Positions 8,204 through 17,683 of a stretch of DNA of 43,854 bases are shown here, one piece after another. The translations under genes were made by a program, and so were the position numbers. This stretch comes from Candidatus Nanohalobium sp. (GTDB taxonomy: Archaea; Nanohalarchaeota; Nanosalinia; Nanosalinales; Nanosalinaceae): positions 1-43,854 of the forward strand of contig JBDGTY010000056.1 of NCBI GenBank assembly GCA_042216335.1. The letters run 5' to 3'. Position 1 is the first letter of the stretch, and every line of letters begins with the position of its first letter. Below the pieces are notes generated by a model that worked only from the letters and a program-made list of their open reading frames with translations, ran no database searches and had not been told where the DNA came from.

Positions 8204-10998
8204 ATATCGAAAGCTTTCGCAAACTCCTTATCGCCTTGTACATTGTCAGAGTACTTTTCCAGTTTTCTTCGAGCGCTTTCATCATTTTGTGAAGCAGAGA
8301 CTGCTCCTTTTTCACCGATCAATGTAATGCAGTTGTCATGTTTCCTGGAAAGTTTCTGGGCGACCTGGATCAGCATGCCGACGTTCTCCGTCGGAACTTC
8401 TGCCTCTATCTCCTCTAGATCGTTCTTCTCGATCTCTTCTTCGAGGAAGTCCTCGATTCTTGACTCAAGCTCCTCGACCTTTTTCTCACCTTCCTTCCTC
8501 TTCTCGAACAGTTTCCAGGATTTCTCCACTACTTTCTGGCCTTCTGTTTCCTCAAACTGCATATCATCTCCTAGGAAGTCAGAAAGTTTTCCGATCTTTT
8601 CTCTGTATTCCTCTATCTCTTCCTGGAACCTTTCCACGGTGTCGACAAGCTGTTCTGGCTCGACCGAGAAAGTGTCGCATAGCTCTCTTTGGGCGAGCCG
8701 TGGACGGGTCTCGAGCGGTACTCCCAGGATATCGGAGATCTCCGCCATCCTTTCCTCGAGGCTTTCTTGGAATTCTCTGGCGGCTTCTCCTGCCTTGTAC
8801 TCCAGTCGGATGACTCCGTCCTGAATCCTTTTGCAGCCTGTCAGTACGAACTCTTCTGCATGGGAGGTCTGAGTTAAGTGTGTTCCTCCGCAGGCCTCGA
8901 TGTCGACATCTTCTATGTCAATCAATCTGATATTGTTGCCGGGTGGTGCGCCTCCCTGGTAGATTCTGAAGCTGTACTTCTGCTCGGCCTCGGACTTCGG
9001 TAGTTCAAGTACGTTTATCGTATGGTTTTCTTCAATTATCTTTCTGACATGGGCCTCTATCTCGTCGAGTGTTTCTCTCGACGGCTTCTCGTAGTGTGTT
9101 ACGTCCAGCCTGGCTTTTTCCAGTGTCTTGTTGGCGCCGGCCTGGTAGATATGTTCGCCGAGTTCTTCCCGTGCTGCAGCGTTGACCATGTGGGTTGTGG
9201 AGTGGTGCTGGGTCAACTGCTTCCTTTTCTCACCGTTGACGACACCTTTCACACTCTGCCCTTCAGTTAATTCGTGCTCCGGTGCCTGATGGAGTACCAC
9301 TCCCGACTGCTTCTGCACATCCTCCACCTGGAACCCGTTTATCTTTCCGACGTCGTGCATCTGGCCGCCGCCCTGAGGATAGAACATCGTCCTGTCCAGG
9401 ACTATCCATTCATCGTTTACTATCTTCACGACCTCGGCCTTGAAGTCGAAATGCTCAACTTCTCCGTCCTTTCTGTACGGTTCGCGCCTCTCATAGTAAA
9501 GTTTCTCCGTCTCAGGAACTCCTTCAAGGTCGAAGTCTTCCTCGACCTGTTTAACTGCCTCGTCTTCCTCCCCGATCTTCATGTAGAAGTCTTCCGGTAC
9601 CTCGAAACCTGCCTCTTCCATCATCTCGGGGGAGACGCCGTGTGACTCGTACAGCTCTATCATTTTATCGAGTGAGGGTTGCTCTGAGAGTTCGGAAAGT
9701 TTCATCTCCGCCTTTTCTCGTGCGGCGTAGTACTTCTCCTTCTCCACTTCGAGGATCTCCTCTATCTCGTCCATGGATCCAAGCAGTTCAGGGAACATCG
9801 GCTCAAGTTCTTCAGCGTTCCATCGAGCAACTTCAGCTAGTTCCAGGTCCCAGCCGTATTTTTCGATGAAGTCCTGTGCTCGCCTGTAGATCATCCGGAG
9901 GTTGTGGCCTCCTCCGGTGTTTGAAGGTATCTTGCCGTCGGCCAGGGCGAAGATGAGTGAGCGGGTGTGTTCTGCGATGCTGTAGAGTGCAGCGGCCGGT
10001 TTTATCTCTTCTTTAAGCTCGTCGACGTCCTCTCCGATCTCTTCGGCGATCTCCTTCCATTTTGCGTCTATGTCGTCTACTTCGTCGACGTTGAGTTCTG
10101 AGCTGTGTGGCAGGAATTTTTCCCATATTTCCTGGTCGGTTTCGAGGCCTGTCCTCTGCTTCATCTTCTCGATGGTTTCCGGCATGACGGATTCGTAGCT
10201 GGTCTCTGTGCCGTTACTGAGCCATGTGATTCGTTCGTGTCCCATCCCCATGTCGAGGACCTGGAGATCTAGTTCCTCGTATCCGTCCGGTGTCCGCTTG
10301 TAGAGCATGTAGACCTGGTTCCATAGTTCCAGGCCGTCGATGAAGCACTCCATGCATGGCCCGAGGTTTCCGCCTCCGCCCCAGGCCTCTTCGTGGAATA
10401 TCATCTTTTCCTCCGGCACTCCGAGCGACTCACTGGTGTACTCGAACATGTCCTGGAAGTAACGATCCCTGTCGTACTTTTCAGGCGGCTGGAAGCATGT
10501 CTGCCCGATCATCGTGAAGTTGGTGTAATGTCTCCCGGTTATCCCGACGTTGTCGACGTCGTTGAAACGCAGGGAGGGTTGAGGTATGATCAGTTCGTCT
10601 GCCGGCGGCTTTGCCTCGCCTGAAACGACGTAGGGCTGGAAGCAGTAGATCGATGCCCCCGTGAACTCCACATCGTCTCTCCATCGAGCCACGACGGGGT
10701 ATCTGTCGATTGATGCATAGTTTCTTTCCTGCATGAATTCGTTGAATTGCTTCCAGGATTCGGTGTGTGTCAGTGTCTCGCTGGTGGGAGAGTCGTTGAT
10801 GAATGTGTATCCGTCGCCGCACTCTGGTTCTCCGCAGATCTCTCTGTCTTCGTTTTTTGCCCAGAAATGCATCCCGCATTCCGAGCACTGGCCTCGACTG
10901 AATCCTTTTTCTCTTAGTACTTCTGTGGCGAAGAACCTGTCCGGGTCCTGACTTGCTTCCTGTTTTATCTCTTCCTTGAGTTCGTCGAGGCTTTTCAT
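8200..10998 (-). CDS. alaS: Alanyl-tRNA synthetase (archaeal type, with editing domain)
   Basis: N-terminal Zn knuckle, RYPVVARWRDD, QPSLRFNDVDNVGITGRH, DMGMGHER, FYPQGGGQ, HHSTTH...CGGTH editing motifs. Confidence 0.97.
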   Translation of the reverse strand: MKSLDELKEEIKQEASQDPDRFFATEVLREKGFSRGQCSECGMHFWAKNEDREICGEPECGDGYTFINDSPTSETLTHTESWKQFNEFMQERNYASIDRYPVVARWRDDVEFTGASIYCFQPYVVSGEAKPPADELIIPQPSLRFNDVDNVGITGRHYTNFTMIGQTCFQPPEKYDRDRYFQDMFEYTSESLGVPEEKMIFHEEAWGGGGNLGPCMECFIDGLELWNQVYMLYKRTPDGYEELDLQVLDMGMGHERITWLSNGTETSYESVMPETIEKMKQRTGLETDQEIWEKFLPHSSELNVDEVDDIDAKWKEIAEEIGEDVDELKEEIKPAAALYSIAEHTRSLIFALADGKIPSNTGGGHNLRMIYRRAQDFIEKYGWDLELAEVARWNAEELEPMFPELLGSMDEIEEILEVEKEKYYAAREKAEMKLSELSEQPSLDKMIELYESHGVSPEMMEEAGFEVPEDFYMKIGEEDEAVKQVEEDFDLEGVPETEKLYYERREPYRKDGEVEHFDFKAEVVKIVNDEWIVLDRTMFYPQGGGQMHDVGKINGFQVEDVQKQSGVVLHQAPEHELTEGQSVKGVVNGEKRKQLTQHHSTTHMVNAAAREELGEHIYQAGANKTLEKARLDVTHYEKPSRETLDEIEAHVRKIIEENHTINVLELPKSEAEQKYSFRIYQGGAPPGNNIRLIDIEDVDIEACGGTHLTQTSHAEEFVLTGCKRIQDGVIRLEYKAGEAAREFQESLEERMAEISDILGVPLETRPRLAQRELCDTFSVEPEQLVDTVERFQEEIEEYREKIGKLSDFLGDDMQFEETEGQKVVEKSWKLFEKRKEGEKKVEELESRIEDFLEEEIEKNDLEEIEAEVPTENVGMLIQVAQKLSRKHDNCITLIGEKGAVSASQNDESARRKLEKYSDNVQGDKEFAKAFDI

Positions 10999-11051
10999 AC
11001 AGAGAGTTGCTTCCGCCAGATTTTTTTATCTGAGTCCTCTTGGAGAAAAAG

Positions 11052-11068
11052 AAAGGAAGGATAGAAAA
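11052..11068 (-). terminator. Pyrimidine-rich putative terminator TTTTCTATCCTTCCTTT (copy 2)
   Basis: 12 nt after the stop at 11081; identical to 6651-6667. Confidence 0.5.
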
Positions 11069-11080
11069 GTGATTGAAGAG

Positions 11081-11890
11081 TTATTCCGTGATCTGTCTGT
11101 AGGCTTCTGAGGCTGCTGCGACCGTGAAGATTCCTGTGAATGCTGATGGGGTCATGTTGATTACTGTTCCTAGTGCGGTTGATCCGGTTACTAAGCTGAT
11201 GATGCTCGCAGGTATGCCGAATGCCAGTCCCACGATCAATGAGATCAGGACTACAAGGAATCCAGCGACGAAGAGCTTGATTCTCCTGTCTTCGGTTGCT
11301 TCCCAGCTTGACTGGAGTGCGTTCACGAAGTTCTGATCCTCTACGATGACGAAGAAGTTCCAGTAGAACAGGGCTGTCATCAGGAAGAGCATCAGTCCGA
11401 TACCGACTACGCCTCCGAGTACTGCAAGGATTATGCCTATGGTATTGACTCCTGCAAGAGCCAGGATGTATCCTGGTGCTGCTGGAATTGTCAGTGCAGC
11501 GAATACGAGGATCGCGTACACTATGCCTCCGACAAGGAGGTGGAGGAACGGCATCAGGATGTTCTCTGTGAAGTTGGACTTCGGAAGATTACTGGTCTCC
11601 GAGGAAACCAGCGTCCTGACTGCTCCTATACCGATGACAGTCGATGCGATCACTCCGGCAAGCTGCAGAACCAGTGCCAGAGGAACCGGCATGCCTACTG
11701 CCAGTGGGTAAGCCTGCGCCATCTGCGTGCCAGTACTTGTCATAAGTGATGGTATCTGGCTGAAAAGAGACTGACTTGCTACCGTATTGAATAGGCTCAC
11801 GGCTAGCATCAGTCCTACAAGAATCAATCCGTTGCGCTTGAAGGTGCGCTTGAAGCCCGTAGACACGATCTCTCCGATATCTACGCTCAT
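11081..11890 (-). CDS. Polytopic membrane protein (about 5-6 TM helices)
   Basis: Multiple hydrophobic segments; NFVNALQSSWEAT motif of a widespread uncharacterised membrane family. Confidence 0.8.
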   Translation of the reverse strand: MSVDIGEIVSTGFKRTFKRNGLILVGLMLAVSLFNTVASQSLFSQIPSLMTSTGTQMAQAYPLAVGMPVPLALVLQLAGVIASTVIGIGAVRTLVSSETSNLPKSNFTENILMPFLHLLVGGIVYAILVFAALTIPAAPGYILALAGVNTIGIILAVLGGVVGIGLMLFLMTALFYWNFFVIVEDQNFVNALQSSWEATEDRRIKLFVAGFLVVLISLIVGLAFGIPASIISLVTGSTALGTVINMTPSAFTGIFTVAAASEAYRQITE

Positions 11891-11961
11891 ATTCCAGTTT
11901 GGAAGAACAGGTATAAAAAGAAAACTGTAGGGAGAAGAGGGAATTAAGGAGAGGAACTGCC

Positions 11962-12273
11962 TTAGAACATGTTTCCGAGTCCTTCGGCAGCTTCGTCTTC
12001 GTCTCCTTCGTCCTCGTCTTCTTCCTCTTCCTCAGCTTCGTCTTCTGCTTCTTCTCCGCCTTCGTCTGCGGATCCGCCGGAAGGTGCTGCGCCTGTTGCG
12101 ACAGCTGTCTCCATCGCGTCCTCGATGTCTACGTCTTCGAGTGCTGCGACCAGTGCTGCGACTTCGCTGTCATCTACGTCCAGGTCTGCTGCGTCGACGA
12201 TTTCCTGAAGGTTGTCTTCGTTAACTTCCTTTCCTGCCTCGTGCAGGGTAAGTGCTGCGTATACAAGTTCCAT
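11962..12273 (-). CDS. rpl12: 50S ribosomal stalk protein P1/L12
   Basis: MELVYAALTLHEAGKEVNE... acidic hinge ...AAEGLGNMF; true start at 12273. Confidence 0.96.
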   Translation of the reverse strand: MELVYAALTLHEAGKEVNEDNLQEIVDAADLDVDDSEVAALVAALEDVDIEDAMETAVATGAAPSGGSADEGGEEAEDEAEEEEEDEDEGDEDEAAEGLGNMF

Positions 12274-12342
12274 GATTAATTCACCAATACTGCTACTTTC
12301 CGAACCCACTCTTAAAAAGACGAGCTGCATAGATCATTACAA

Positions 12343-13041
12343 ATGAAGAAGAACGAGTTGCCGGACTGGGCAAGGGTGAAACTACCTGAAGAACAGACTG
12401 AAGAGTTCTGGGAAGAAGTAGGGAGTATCAAGGACTTCGCCGAAGACTCGGATTACTCGGCCCAGCAGCTCTACAACTCGAAGAACAAGGACCTGTTTCT
12501 GCCTATCTATCTTGTCCGGAAAGTTCTGGAAAGCTTTGAAGTCAAAGCGATGAAGGGAAGAAACAACTCAAAGCCTGTGGAGGGTCCAGGTTTTCCACTC
12601 AATTTCTCAGACGAGTTATTGACGCGTATAGAAGCCTCCGTCTCAGTCAACAGAGATGGAACACCGGTCTACAGCACACAAGAGGCCTCACTGCTTGAAA
12701 GATTCAGAGAACTGCTTGACGAAGTTGGTGAAGTGCCCTACTCAGTTTACAGGCGTTCAGGCTACGAGCTCAGGTATCCGAAGTTCCTACACGACCTGAT
12801 AAAACTCGAAGGCTATGAGGAGGACTTCGCGGCTCTTTTCGACGAGATAGGCCATTTTGAGGGCGATGAGATGGTTGCTGGGGGAAGACGACAGTCTATC
12901 GAAGGGTTCGAAGGGAGGATCTTCTCGAAAGAAAAACGGTATAAATTCGCGGTATGGAGAGGTGATTCTGATGAGCTTGAGGATCTGGTCGCTCAACAGA
13001 TTGATACTGCCAGAAAAGCAGAAAGCCAGATAACAGATTAG
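12343..13041 (+). CDS. Hypothetical protein, possible HTH plus degenerate LAGLIDADG-like domain
   Basis: HTH-like segment (SIKDFAEDSDYSAQQLYNSKN); FPLNFSDELLTRI...YSTQEASLLERFRELL...FAALFDEIG pattern echoes archaeal LAGLIDADG proteins. Confidence 0.5.
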   Translation: MKKNELPDWARVKLPEEQTEEFWEEVGSIKDFAEDSDYSAQQLYNSKNKDLFLPIYLVRKVLESFEVKAMKGRNNSKPVEGPGFPLNFSDELLTRIEASVSVNRDGTPVYSTQEASLLERFRELLDEVGEVPYSVYRRSGYELRYPKFLHDLIKLEGYEEDFAALFDEIGHFEGDEMVAGGRRQSIEGFEGRIFSKEKRYKFAVWRGDSDELEDLVAQQIDTARKAESQITD

Positions 13042-13052
13042 ATCTGCCGGAT

Positions 13053-13625
13053 CTATTTTTGCTGCCAGTAGTAGATTATATTTCCTTTTGTGCCTTCGCA
13101 GCTTACTCCGGGAGAGCAGTTAGGTCCGGCGCTGACGCATCTGTAGCTGCCTACGGTTTGTCCTGGTTCCTTGATTCTACTTCCTGAGGCGGAACTAGCG
13201 CACCTGTACCGGACCAATTGTCCTTCTCCGTTATCTGCGCACAGATACGGTGAGTTGCCGCTTCCCTGTATGCCTTTCTCTGTGCACGAGTTCGGATTCC
13301 CAACAACTTCATCAACCTTCTGTTTATTCTCATTTATCTGGTTCAACCTCCTTATCGCCTTGATCCTTTCCGAAAGCCTTGTTTTCTGTGCTGAGAGGGC
13401 TCCCTGGAATGATTCGCATCTGTCGGAGATCTCTACGCTGGAGGGTGTGCTGGGTTTGAGGTACTGTTTTCTCTGGTAATCGCATCCGGACTGTTTGACA
13501 TCGTCGGTATTTCCTCTTAGCGCGTCTACGCTTCCTATGAACCGGCTGCCTACTACTACGGCTGCTACCATTATTACTGCCATCCCTACTACCAGTGTCA
13601 GGGTTTTTCCCATCCCTTTTTTCAT
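13053..13625 (-). CDS. Cys-rich protein with class III (type IV pilin-like) signal peptide
   Basis: MKKG|MGKTLTLVVGMAVIMVAAVVVG: KG cleavage site followed by a hydrophobic helix; 8 Cys. Confidence 0.7.
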   Translation of the reverse strand: MKKGMGKTLTLVVGMAVIMVAAVVVGSRFIGSVDALRGNTDDVKQSGCDYQRKQYLKPSTPSSVEISDRCESFQGALSAQKTRLSERIKAIRRLNQINENKQKVDEVVGNPNSCTEKGIQGSGNSPYLCADNGEGQLVRYRCASSASGSRIKEPGQTVGSYRCVSAGPNCSPGVSCEGTKGNIIYYWQQK

Positions 13626-14959
13626 CCTACGCTGACCTCGCAGGTGTTAGGTGAGTCGCTGGCGGTTTTGGGGACGTATGTGGCGTATTTGGTGTTGGAG
13701 CAGAAGTTCTGGACTAGCTGGCCGCAGTTCATGCCGCCTGCTGCGTTCTGGGGTTCGGGTTGACGGAAGTTGCCGTTCTGGCCTATGCCTGCGGTTCCGT
13801 AGCAGCCCTTCATGCAGCTGACTATCTCGGTGGCGTTAAGCTTCACTTTTCCCTTGTTGAAGTTGGTGTTGCAGTAGGTCCTCCATTTTCCGAAGTCCTG
13901 TTTTCCTGCCACGGAGTTGCCGAGCATGGCCTGGCAGGCTGCTCCGGGCCCGGCACCGTTCTGACATGTGGGTTTGATGACGTAGTCTATGCATTCCTGT
14001 CTGGAGAGCGAGTTACGGCAGTAGGTCTTGGGGTTTGCTGCTTCCTTCTGTGATGGCAGTATCTTCGATATACTTGAAATGTATCCCGGGCATTTGTATG
14101 GTTCTGCGTTCGCTGCCTTGATCGAATCGTAATCTGCCAGTCCTCTGTAGGGGGGTGGACGGTAGGCGTAGTCTGCGTAGCAGTCGTCTCCCTCGTCTAT
14201 GTTCCTGTGATTTGAGGCGACCTTGTTACTGACAGGGTCCCGGTTAGGCGTTCCCGAAGTCAGGAAGGTTCCCTTCGTCGTCACGAAGAATCCGCCGCCC
14301 TCCATCTCACTTGCCTCGATGCCGTCACTGGTCCTGAGCCTGAATTCTTCTCGGATAAATTCCGCCCATCCGTTCTGTTGCTTGGCGTGCTGGCGGGTTT
14401 TCCTCACGATCTCACTTATGGTCATCTTCTGGCCCTGCGGGATCGGGTTGAAGTCGGAGCTGATATAGTTCCTGTCGACGGCTGAAAGCGCCGCGGCCTG
14501 ACTTCTTGTAATGCTGTCCAGTTCCATCGTACCGATCCACTCCTCGAATCCGCGGGGGTGCCTCCCGGCTATCTCGATGGGATCAGTGATATTAACGGTG
14601 GGAGGGTTTTCAGCGCTGATTCCGGATACCTTTACACGGTATTTTCCTATTAAACTGTGCTCGTGGTTGTTAAGGAATATCTGTGCCCAGTTATCCTCCG
14701 GGTCGAACTCTTTGGAAACGGAGAAAGCAGCCTGGCCGCTATCAGGATCGACGAGTTTTACAGTATGGGTCTTCTCCTTCATTCCGTTTATTTTGACCCA
14801 GAAACTGCCATCCTGGGTTACACTGACGCTGTTCTTTAGTTCTCCATTAGGCAACGCCACCTCCAGCTTAGGATTTGAAGAACCGCTGCCCTCCTGTGCC
14901 AGGGCCAGAGGAGCAACCATGGCGACGACAAGAACGGCCGCGGCCGCAAATATCTTCAT
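13622..14959 (-). CDS. Secreted Cys-rich protein (445 aa)
   Basis: Sec signal MKIFAAAAVLVVAMVAPLALA; beta-rich N-terminal domain; 12 Cys in the C-terminal half; ATGA overlap with the downstream gene. Confidence 0.8.
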   Translation of the reverse strand: MKIFAAAAVLVVAMVAPLALAQEGSGSSNPKLEVALPNGELKNSVSVTQDGSFWVKINGMKEKTHTVKLVDPDSGQAAFSVSKEFDPEDNWAQIFLNNHEHSLIGKYRVKVSGISAENPPTVNITDPIEIAGRHPRGFEEWIGTMELDSITRSQAAALSAVDRNYISSDFNPIPQGQKMTISEIVRKTRQHAKQQNGWAEFIREEFRLRTSDGIEASEMEGGGFFVTTKGTFLTSGTPNRDPVSNKVASNHRNIDEGDDCYADYAYRPPPYRGLADYDSIKAANAEPYKCPGYISSISKILPSQKEAANPKTYCRNSLSRQECIDYVIKPTCQNGAGPGAACQAMLGNSVAGKQDFGKWRTYCNTNFNKGKVKLNATEIVSCMKGCYGTAGIGQNGNFRQPEPQNAAGGMNCGQLVQNFCSNTKYATYVPKTASDSPNTCEVSVG

Positions 14960-15036
14960 GCTTACAGGTTAGAAGCCGCTGACTTATAATTTCTCTGTAA
15001 GAAAAAATATATCTGGGAAAAAGGGGAGTAGAGGAA

Positions 15037-16014
15037 TTACTCCTCTTCCTCTTCAGACTCCTCGCCTGAATCTTCCGATTCTTCACTCTCTGCTTCTTCG
15101 TCCGATTCCTCTTCTTCGGATTCGTCCTCTTCTGAATCTTCGAGGTCAACCGAGTCAAGGTCGATCTGGCTGTCCAGTCCGTCTGCGTTGGATTTGGCTT
15201 GGGCCAGTGCTTCCTCGATTGTCTCTTCGACCGGCAGGCCTTCGCTGATCGCCAGGTTCCTGGCCTTCTGGACTGCCTCGCTGATAATCGCTTCTGCTGT
15301 TGTTTCGTTGATGATTCCTGCGTTGACTGCGAGGTTGAATGCTGCTCCTGCTGCGGATTCAACGTCACTTCTGTACTGTTCTGTGTCGATGTCGAGTTCT
15401 TCGGCACTGAACAGTTCACCTTCGCTGTAAGCTACGTCGAGAGTTAATCCGATTTCCAGTGGTTCGATTCCCATCTGGTTGAGGATTTCCGCGTCGTCCT
15501 CTGTGATTACTTCTCCTTTCTCGACGATTACTCCTGCTGACTGGACGTGGATTGATCCTTCTTCTACCTGGACGTTCAGTCCTGCCTGCTGGAGCTTTCC
15601 AAGCATCGGTCCTGGGCCGATTCCCGTATCTCCCTCAGGGATTTCGATGTCGTTCGGAGCTGTTTCTCCTCCTTCAGCTGCCGCAGAGGTCTTGTTCTCC
15701 TGGATCAGCTGGTAGAGCTGGAAGGGATCCTTTTCCGAGAACATGAAAGCTGGCTGTACAGCGTCGTTCTCTTTGAGCTGTTCGATGTCTTCTTTGTCTG
15801 CCTGATCGATTGCGATCTGCATCAGAGTCTTCCTGCTCATCTTGATATCGGCGAACTCCTTCATCTCCTTCTTCATCTGCTGGAGCTGTCGGGAGGGAAG
15901 GTTGTGCATGTCAAGCATGCCGATGACGGGATAGTCCTCGATCTTCTCTTTGAATTCCTCGACTTTCTCTTCCTTCTCTTCTCGAGTCATCTGCTTCGGT
16001 ACTGGCTGGACCAT
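15037..16014 (-). CDS. rpl10: 50S ribosomal protein L10/P0
   Basis: LPSRQLQQM, APNDIEIPEGDTGIGPGP, GIEPLEIGL; acidic tail. Confidence 0.96.
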   Translation of the reverse strand: MVQPVPKQMTREEKEEKVEEFKEKIEDYPVIGMLDMHNLPSRQLQQMKKEMKEFADIKMSRKTLMQIAIDQADKEDIEQLKENDAVQPAFMFSEKDPFQLYQLIQENKTSAAAEGGETAPNDIEIPEGDTGIGPGPMLGKLQQAGLNVQVEEGSIHVQSAGVIVEKGEVITEDDAEILNQMGIEPLEIGLTLDVAYSEGELFSAEELDIDTEQYRSDVESAAGAAFNLAVNAGIINETTAEAIISEAVQKARNLAISEGLPVEETIEEALAQAKSNADGLDSQIDLDSVDLEDSEEDESEEEESDEEAESEESEDSGEESEEEEE

Positions 16015-16067
16015 TTAGGCTTCACCTCCGGTGAAGGCTGAACTTAGAAGATCTTGGATCTTCGTCA

Positions 16068-16697
16068 TCAGTTTTCCACCTCCACTGTTGGACCCATTGT
16101 AGTCTTGACTAAGACAGATTTCAGGTTGTTGTCGCCCTTCGGCATCTCGCCTGTGACGAACTCGTAGATCGTGTCTGCGTTCATCGCAACGTTTCCTAGG
16201 TCCTGTTCTTCATTTCCGATTTTGATCTGCATAAGTGGATCCTGCTTCAGTCTCAGAGTGACTGTGTTCCTCAGGTCTTCGATGTCGTCTGAAGGATCTT
16301 CTCCTGGCTGTACAGGGTCTGGCATCATGTTCCGTGGGCCGAAGACCTGTCCGAGCTGTGAACCGATCTTAGGCATCAGTGGTGCCTCAGCAAGGAGGAA
16401 AGTGTATTCCTCTGCGAGATCCTTTGCATTGTCAGGGTTATCGAAGTACTCGTCTTCGAGCTCCTGCTCGCTGATCTTCTTGTCTGCGTTGTCTGCCTCG
16501 TTTGTTATTGAGTCTCCGATTACTGCGACCTTGATCTCTTCGTCTGCCTGGTAAGGCAGCTTGATGTCTTCGTTGAAGCGGTTGTTAGGATCGGATAGAT
16601 CTACGTCTCTGAAGTTGAAGATCAGGTCTACTGATTCCGTGAATCCTCTTTCCTCCGATTCTTCAACTGCTTCTTCGATTGCGTCTTGGAATTCCAT
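16068..16697 (-). CDS. rpl1: 50S ribosomal protein L1
   Basis: FTESVDL, LGQVFGPRNMMP, KTTMGP. Confidence 0.96.
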   Translation of the reverse strand: MEFQDAIEEAVEESEERGFTESVDLIFNFRDVDLSDPNNRFNEDIKLPYQADEEIKVAVIGDSITNEADNADKKISEQELEDEYFDNPDNAKDLAEEYTFLLAEAPLMPKIGSQLGQVFGPRNMMPDPVQPGEDPSDDIEDLRNTVTLRLKQDPLMQIKIGNEEQDLGNVAMNADTIYEFVTGEMPKGDNNLKSVLVKTTMGPTVEVEN

Positions 16698-17195
16698 TTA
16701 GATCCCCTCCTCGTTTTCTAGCTGGTCGTCGTATTTTCCTTCATCGATTTCCTGTCCGACCTGGTAGGCATCTTTGCCGTCGACCGTGATTCCGGCCGAG
16801 TTCGCGGAACCGATGACTTCTTTGACTGCGCCTCTTAGGTCCATGGCAAGCAGGTCCGTTGACTTCATCCTTGCGATTTTACATGCGGTGGAGAAGTCCA
16901 TGTCTGCTACCTTTTCCCTGTTTGGCTCTCCGGATCCTCCGTCGATCCCCAGTTCGTCGAAGATTAGCTGGGCGACTGGAGGTGTTCCGATTTCTATCTC
17001 GAAGTCTCCGGTTTCCTCATCGACTTCTACGTCGACAGGTACTTCCATGCCTTCAAAGTCCTTGGTTTTGTCGTTGATTGCTGATACAACCTCTCCTACG
17101 TCTGCAGGTAGAGGTCCTAGCTCTGGGCCTAGCGGCGGCCCAGCGGAGGCTTCGCCTCCTTCCACAAGTGTTGATATAGTGGTCTTATCTCCCAT
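16698..17195 (-). CDS. rpl11: 50S ribosomal protein L11
   Basis: LVEGGEASAGPPLGPELGP, INDKTKDFEGMEVPV. Confidence 0.97.
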   Translation of the reverse strand: MGDKTTISTLVEGGEASAGPPLGPELGPLPADVGEVVSAINDKTKDFEGMEVPVDVEVDEETGDFEIEIGTPPVAQLIFDELGIDGGSGEPNREKVADMDFSTACKIARMKSTDLLAMDLRGAVKEVIGSANSAGITVDGKDAYQVGQEIDEGKYDDQLENEEGI

Positions 17196-17236
17196 AATTG
17201 ATCATCTCGTGTTTTGAAATATTGTTTTTCTGTGTT

Positions 17237-17674
17237 TTATCCCTGGTTTGCTTTTCTCCTCACTGTGTCGATGTCGACCGTTGTCGGGATAGGTACGGCT
17301 GCGTCGATCAGTTCGATGGTTACTTCGCGGTTGGTGTCGTCTACTCTCTCGATCTTGGCTTCCTCTCCCTTGAAAGGCCCTGAGATTACTTCGACGATGT
17401 CTCCTTCTTCGATCTTGATTTCTTCCTGTTCCTCACTGAGGTATTTCTCGATTTCGTCGACAGGTACTTCTTCATCTAATACTCCCCGGGCGTTTCTGGA
17501 GTCGTTGACCAGGTCCCTGATGTCTTGTTCCTTTCCTTCGATGAAGATGTATCCTTTCAGGTCGTCCGGGTGGAAAACCGCTTTAATGTCGAGGTTCTGG
17601 CTTTTGATCTGACTTCTCATCGCATTGATAGCGGTCTTTTCTCTTCCACGCGTCGTCCTTGCAGTAAGTATCAT
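17237..17674 (-). CDS. spt5: Transcription elongation factor Spt5/NusG
   Basis: NGN domain (LKGYIFIE) and KOW motif (GDIVEVISGPFKGE). Confidence 0.96.
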   Translation of the reverse strand: MILTARTTRGREKTAINAMRSQIKSQNLDIKAVFHPDDLKGYIFIEGKEQDIRDLVNDSRNARGVLDEEVPVDEIEKYLSEEQEEIKIEEGDIVEVISGPFKGEEAKIERVDDTNREVTIELIDAAVPIPTTVDIDTVRRKANQG

Positions 17675-17683
17675 TCTTTATTT

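Noticed and set aside
15037-15140. Low-complexity TCT/TCC repeats (also 11985-12065)
   Set aside because: They encode the normal acidic tails of ribosomal stalk proteins P0 and P1
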